Assembly (NCBI GenBank): GCA_013285985.1
Contig: JABDGR010000002.1
Coordinates: 1-58,591 of the forward strand
Origin: Verrucomicrobiota bacterium
GTDB taxonomy: Bacteria; Verrucomicrobiota; Verrucomicrobiia; Opitutales; JABDGR01
Direction of reading: 5' to 3'
DNA: 58,591 nucleotides
Made by a program: the position numbers and the translations under genes. Positions within the stretch are counted from its first letter, which is position 1. The number at the start of each line of letters is the position of its first letter. The notes beneath the pieces were generated by a model, which did no database searches, was not told where the DNA came from, and worked only from the letters and a program-made list of their open reading frames with translations. Positions 54,174 to 58,591 of the stretch are shown piece by piece.

Positions 54174-56420
54174 TTAATTGCCGGCGGCGCGTATTCGAGC
54201 CAGAGCGGAGAGGGCGGCCGGGTTGTTGGGGTTGATATCGAGAGCGGCTTGGAATTCGCGCGCGGCGTCAGCGGGCTTGCCCAGGTTGGCCAAGCAGATG
54301 CCCAGATTGAAATGGGCGTCGGAGGAAGGCGGGGAAAGCTGGATGTACGCGCTGAATTCTTTGGCCGCCTCGGCATATTTGCTGAGATTGGCATAAAGGA
54401 CGCCGAGGTGGCCATGGGCGTCGGCATAGTTCGGATCTTGCTGGATGGCGCGAAGGTAATGCTGCTCGGCCTGGTCCGGTTGCTTCAATTGGGCGTAGGT
54501 GTCGGCCAGGTTCGATTCTGCTTGCGGATAAATTGGCTGAAAGTTCAATGCTTGCGTGTAGCACGCGAGCGCCTGGTCGTATTTTTGCTGTTGGGCGTAG
54601 ATGGAGCCCAGGTTGTTGAAGGCCGGGCTGTAGTGGGCCAGGCTGGCGGAGTAGCTGTAGGCGTTGATGGCGTCATCCCACCGCTGCAGGGCGACCAGCG
54701 CATTGCCGAGGTTGTAACTGGCGATGGCCTGGTCGCGTGGCCGCAGCAGGTTGGGTATCGCGCGCATATAATATTTCGCGGCCTCCACATTCCGGCCGAG
54801 CAAGCCGAGGGCGTTGCCGAGGTTGTTGTCGCAGTCCGGGTAGTTGGGCTTGATGCGTTCGGCGGCTAAAAATTCTTCGATACTTTCACGAACCCGGCCG
54901 TCGATATACAGCATGATGCCGAAATTTTCATGCGCGCGGGTGTCATTCGGGTGCTTGGCCACGGCGTCCCGCCAAAGAACAAGGCCGCTGCGGTAGTCAT
55001 CGTTGCGGGCAAAAGTCAGCGCGCCGAGGACCGCGGTGACGGCCAGGGCCGCGGGCAACGCCCGCCATTGCCATAATTTCCACAGGCCAAGGGCGGCGAA
55101 GACCGCGAGCGAAGCCAGCGGCAGATACATCCGGTGCTCGGCCGCTTGCTCTGTCACGATGGGCAGGATGCTCGAACTCGGGGCCAGAATGACAAAGAAC
55201 CACGCCCCCAGGAAGCCCAGTGTCGGCTTGCGCCAGAGCAGATACACTGTCCCGGCCGCCAGGAGCATCACGACAAACATCGCCAGGCAGTCTCCGGTGG
55301 TGAACGTGAGATTGCTCAGGCCCGAGCTGTCGCTGTAATCAATGACCAGTGGGTGTGGCCAGAAGGTCAATTTCAGGTAAGTCATCAGGGCGGAAAATTG
55401 CGCCACGGCGTAGTCATACCACGCCACACCCATGCCAAACCCGGCGGAGTGCCCGCGGTTTCCGGCATGGTGCACCAGCCAGGCCAGCGGCAGCAAGGCC
55501 AGCAACAATCCGGCGTACGCCGGCCAGCGCCGTCGAAGTGGCTCGGCCAATTTCTTTGACACGAAAATCCAGTCATACAACAACAGCATCACGGGAAGGG
55601 TGATGGTGACTTCCTTGCAAAATACCGCGGTGGCGCAGGCCAGTATCGCGAGGGGCATCCACAGCCACGGCCATTTTTGCGTCCCGCGCACAAAGCAGTA
55701 AAACGTCAGCAGATAGAACAGGCTCATCAGCGATTCAGCCCGTTGCGAGAGGTAGGTGACGGACTCGGTTTGCAACGGATGCACCGTCCACCAGAGCGCC
55801 GCCATTAACGCGACCGGCAGCGCCGCGGTGCCAAATTGCCCGCGAAGCTTGGGCAGTTCCAGCGTGCGGCGAATCAGGCCAAAGAGCGCCAGCCCAGCCA
55901 GTAAATGGATGGCGAGGTTGACGGCATGGTAACCTTCAGGGGCAAAGCCATCCTTTTGATGTGATTTCGCCCACGCGTAGTTTAGCGCGAACGACACGTT
56001 CACGAGCGGGCGGCCGGTCACCGTCTGTCCGTCATTCGGCGGCTGCAATGGGGCGGGGAGGCGCTCATAGAGTCTCTCCAGAGGTTCTTTTGCCTGGCTG
56101 CTTGGCGGCGGGGGCGTGGCCCAGCCGTTTTGAATGGTCGCATTTTCTTTCAGCGCCGGCAGGTCATCGAGGACGAAATCGCCATGAAAGCTGTTGCTGT
56201 AGGCGGCGAGGCCGGCGAGCACAATCAACAGTGCGGCGAGCAGCCCATGCCAGATGGGAACATTGGACGGGGGAAGAACCAGGGACTCGGAGGGCGACGG
56301 GGGCGCCGCCGCCGACGGGCGGGCTGAACCTGTGCGCGCAGCCACGTCCGGCGTCGGAACCTGGCCGGACGGTTGGTTCGGCAAAGAGGGCTGAAACTTT
56401 TTGTGCTTCGCAGCCGGCAT
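54174..56420 (-). CDS. TMTC-like membrane protein: polytopic GT-C/PMT_2-DUF1736-like N-terminal region plus C-terminal TPR array, paralog 1
   Basis: 748 aa. LAGLAAYSNSFHGDFVLDD, HAVNLAIHLLAGLALFGLIRR and HPLQTESVTYLSQRAESL, followed by 8 or more TPR units (e.g. YNLGNALVALQRWDDAINAY). Confidence 0.75.
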   Translation of the reverse strand: MPAAKHKKFQPSLPNQPSGQVPTPDVAARTGSARPSAAAPPSPSESLVLPPSNVPIWHGLLAALLIVLAGLAAYSNSFHGDFVLDDLPALKENATIQNGWATPPPPSSQAKEPLERLYERLPAPLQPPNDGQTVTGRPLVNVSFALNYAWAKSHQKDGFAPEGYHAVNLAIHLLAGLALFGLIRRTLELPKLRGQFGTAALPVALMAALWWTVHPLQTESVTYLSQRAESLMSLFYLLTFYCFVRGTQKWPWLWMPLAILACATAVFCKEVTITLPVMLLLYDWIFVSKKLAEPLRRRWPAYAGLLLALLPLAWLVHHAGNRGHSAGFGMGVAWYDYAVAQFSALMTYLKLTFWPHPLVIDYSDSSGLSNLTFTTGDCLAMFVVMLLAAGTVYLLWRKPTLGFLGAWFFVILAPSSSILPIVTEQAAEHRMYLPLASLAVFAALGLWKLWQWRALPAALAVTAVLGALTFARNDDYRSGLVLWRDAVAKHPNDTRAHENFGIMLYIDGRVRESIEEFLAAERIKPNYPDCDNNLGNALGLLGRNVEAAKYYMRAIPNLLRPRDQAIASYNLGNALVALQRWDDAINAYSYSASLAHYSPAFNNLGSIYAQQQKYDQALACYTQALNFQPIYPQAESNLADTYAQLKQPDQAEQHYLRAIQQDPNYADAHGHLGVLYANLSKYAEAAKEFSAYIQLSPPSSDAHFNLGICLANLGKPADAAREFQAALDINPNNPAALSALARIRAAGN

Positions 56421-56494
56421 GGGGTGGGCAAATTAAGAAGGAAGAACCGGGACGGAAAAAGAAAATTCAACGGGTATTTGGTCCGGAGGTTTGG

Positions 56495-58240
56495 CTAGGG
56501 GTTGTGCTGTTCAAGTCGTTTCCGGGCGTCGTCGAGGTTCGCGGAGCATTGCGGGAAATCCGGCTGAAGTTTGAGCGCCTGTTCGTATTCCGCAATCGCC
56601 TCCGTATAACGGCCCAGTTTTGCCAACACATACCCGCGCAGGTTATGGGTCGCGGCGTTGTCTCGCGCGAGTTGCGCGGACTGGGTGTAGGCGGCGAGCG
56701 CGTCGTCAAAGCGGCCCAATTCCCCAAGGGAGTTCCCCAGGTTGAAAAAAGCAATGGCTTGTTCATGCGGGCGGGAGAACTCCTGCGCGGCCTTGGTAAA
56801 GCAGTCGGCTGCGTCGTCCAGTGCGCCCATCACGGCCAGGGCTTTGCCCAGGTTGTTTTCGCATTCCGGGAAAATCGGCCTGAGTTCCAGGGCGTGATAA
56901 AACTCCTGCAAACTTTCCGGCAGCCGGCGTTCGTCGTAAAGTGCGACCGCCAGGTTCTCATGGGCGCGGGCCAGGGCGGGGTGCTTCAACGTGTCGTCCT
57001 GCCAAATCCGCATCTCAGAGTGGTAGTCCCGATTGCGGGCGATGGTGAGGCTACCGAATGCCGCTGCGAGTGCCAGTGCCGGCACGAAGGCACGTCGGCC
57101 CAGCCAGGCATGCAAGCCCAGGGCCACGCCCACCGCCAGCGCGGCCAAAGGCAAATACATGCGGTGTTCGGCCTCGGTCTCTGTGATGACCGGCACGATG
57201 CTTGAGCTGGGTGCGAGGACGACAAAAAACCACGCTCCCAGAAAGCCCGGCATGGGCCGCCGCCACAAGAGATACCCTGTCCCAATCAGCAAGGCCAGCA
57301 CCAGCGCCAATTGCGGCGCCACCTCGGTCGCATTCTTGGCCAGATCCATTCCGTAATCAAACGACAGCGGTTGCGGCCACACGCTCAACCGCAAATAATC
57401 CACCAGCGCGCCCGCCTGGGTAAGCGCGTAGGCCCATGGGCTGACCCCCGCACCAAATCCGGCTGATCCCGCCCGTGTGCCGGCGTGTGACACCAGCCAG
57501 CCCAGCGGCAGCCAGGTGGCGGCCAGGGCCGCGTAAAACTTCCGGCGCTGCCGTAGAGCCAGGGCAAAGGTCCCCGCGACAAAAGTGCGGTCGTAAAGCA
57601 AGGCCATGACCGGGGCGGTGACGATGACTTCTTTGCAAAAGACCCCGAGTAAACATGACGACACCGAAAATACCAACCACGCGTCCGCGCGCGGTTGCGC
57701 CAGCCCCCGCGCCAGACAATACAGGGTTAGCAAATAGAACAGGCCCATCAGCGATTCGGCCCGTTGAACGACATAAGTCACGGATTCCGTTTGCAGCGGA
57801 TGAAGCATCCAGAACAATGCCGCCGCCAGCGCCACCGGCCAGGCCTGCACGCCAAAAGACATTCGCAATTTTGGCAGTTCCAGAGTCCGCCGCACCAGGC
57901 CGAATAACGTCAACGCAGCGAGCAAATGGATGACCAGGTTGAAGGCATGATAGCCCCATGCCGAAAGTCCACTCAGTTGGTAATTCAACGCCAGGGATAA
58001 ATTCACCAGCGGCCGTCCCGTGGTGGTTTCACCGCCAGTCGGCGTGCTCAAAGCGGCGAACCAACCGTGCTGAATCGTCGCGTTTTCGATGATGGACGCC
58101 TTGTCGTCGAGCAGAAAAACCCCTTGAAAGCTGTTGCTGTACGCCGCCAGCCCCGCGAGCGCGATGACCAGCGCCGCCAGCAAAACTTTTCCGCTGGACG
58201 CTGGCGCCGGCAACGGCACAGATGCTTGGTCTTTCGGCAT
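56495..58240 (-). CDS. TMTC-like membrane protein with TPR array, paralog 2
   Basis: 581 aa. LAGLAAYSNSFQGVFLLDD, HAFNLVIHLLAALTLFGLVRR and HPLQTESVTYVVQRAESL are colinear with paralog 1. The TPR tail is shorter. Confidence 0.75.
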   Translation of the reverse strand: MPKDQASVPLPAPASSGKVLLAALVIALAGLAAYSNSFQGVFLLDDKASIIENATIQHGWFAALSTPTGGETTTGRPLVNLSLALNYQLSGLSAWGYHAFNLVIHLLAALTLFGLVRRTLELPKLRMSFGVQAWPVALAAALFWMLHPLQTESVTYVVQRAESLMGLFYLLTLYCLARGLAQPRADAWLVFSVSSCLLGVFCKEVIVTAPVMALLYDRTFVAGTFALALRQRRKFYAALAATWLPLGWLVSHAGTRAGSAGFGAGVSPWAYALTQAGALVDYLRLSVWPQPLSFDYGMDLAKNATEVAPQLALVLALLIGTGYLLWRRPMPGFLGAWFFVVLAPSSSIVPVITETEAEHRMYLPLAALAVGVALGLHAWLGRRAFVPALALAAAFGSLTIARNRDYHSEMRIWQDDTLKHPALARAHENLAVALYDERRLPESLQEFYHALELRPIFPECENNLGKALAVMGALDDAADCFTKAAQEFSRPHEQAIAFFNLGNSLGELGRFDDALAAYTQSAQLARDNAATHNLRGYVLAKLGRYTEAIAEYEQALKLQPDFPQCSANLDDARKRLEQHNP

Positions 58241-58301
58241 GGCGGCGAAACCTTCCTTTTAGACGCCAAGTTGGGTCGGGGCAACTACGCCTTCATCGCA
58301 C

Positions 58302-58334
58302 AAAAAAACAGGCCCGGCGTATGGGCCGGGCCTG
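58302..58334 (-). terminator. rho-independent terminator for the minus-strand gene ending at 58360
   Basis: Perfect 10-bp stem CAGGCCCGGC (58309-58318) / GCCGGGCCTG (58325-58334) with a 6-nt loop. On the minus strand it is followed by a T7 run (complement of A-run 58302-58308). Confidence 0.7.
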
Positions 58335-58359
58335 TCGTTGGGCAAATTTCGGGAAAACG

Positions 58360-58591
58360 TTATTTCGCGCCCGCGTCAATCCACGCGCGGAAGTCCGCGA
58401 GTTGATCCTGGGTCAGTGCCGGGATCGGGTTGGTTGCGGCCGTGCGGTTCTTCAAGGGCGGCATTTCCGCCCTGGCGACGGCGTCGGCGGCATAAAGGAG
58501 CGCATTACTTTGGTCGCCGTGGCCGGGGACGATCATCGGCTGGCCGTTTTTGTCTCCCTTGAGGATGCTTTCCTTGGTCAGAATCGAGAAG
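58360..58591 (-). CDS. C-terminal fragment of a Planctomycete-type cytochrome-c (PSCyt1-like) domain protein (partial; N-terminus beyond the window end)
   Basis: My reverse translation reads ...FSILTKESILKGDKNGQPMIVPGHGDQSNALLYAADAVARAEMPPLKNRTAATNPIPALTQDQLADFRAWIDAGAK*. It fits the PSCyt1 tail pattern vvPG....S.L.......MPP.....L...e...l..WI..GA. Confidence 0.6.
   Translation of the reverse strand, partial: FSILTKESILKGDKNGQPMIVPGHGDQSNALLYAADAVARAEMPPLKNRTAATNPIPALTQDQLADFRAWIDAGAK

Noticed and set aside
54505-54520. GGTTCGATTC string resembling a tRNA T-arm.
   Set aside because: The flanking bases cannot form the 5-bp T-stem or an acceptor stem. The site also lies inside the TPR coding region of a well-supported CDS.
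1-58591. A search for CRISPR arrays, tandem DNA repeats, IS elements, integrases, and tRNA or rRNA genes.
   Set aside because: No non-coding gap exceeds 262 bp. I saw no regularly spaced direct repeats, and no transposase, integrase or reverse-transcriptase motifs among the ORF products. The only repeats found are intragenic protein repeats and local gene duplications.

Overview
This is a 58.6-kb, high-GC, densely coding chromosomal segment. I support about 47 CDS and found no rRNA, tRNA, CRISPR array, transposase, integrase or phage genes. The domain repertoire suggests a PVC-superphylum, Verrucomicrobiota-like organism: a PSCyt1-type cytochrome-c domain, an ECF sigma factor with a zinc-ribbon Ser/Thr kinase, BNR and SGNH glycan esterases, and TMTC-like TPR membrane proteins. 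That taxonomic call is inference only. Most genes are housekeeping, called from catalytic motifs: clpP (partial), dnaN, pssA, a CUT2-type sugar ABC transporter, lipB-lipA, fpg, uvrC, cinA, hflX, ruvB, gnd, nadC, parA, rnc, mfd and a parvulin/SurA-like PPIase. Accessory content includes two tandem membrane-anchored alpha-helical repeat paralogs, an orphan RelE/ParE-like gene and a secreted EF-hand protein. It also includes a CE12/SGNH esterase plus BNR-sialidase cluster, a YfhO-like protein and two tandem TMTC-like GT-C membrane proteins. The best candidate for an undescribed system is the co-directional block at 40.2-49.5 kb. It encodes a giant multi-domain Ser/Thr kinase, two lipoproteins (thioredoxin-like, and a double retropepsin with PDZ) and an ECF sigma factor with no recognisable anti-sigma. 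These are followed by two duplicated 205-aa polytopic proteins, an HTH_34 regulator, a B-box zinc-finger membrane protein and a coiled-coil membrane anchor. All family assignments rest on motif recognition by eye. Start codons are often ambiguous because the ORF track uses TTG/GTG starts. Many long antisense ORFs are high-GC shadow frames.
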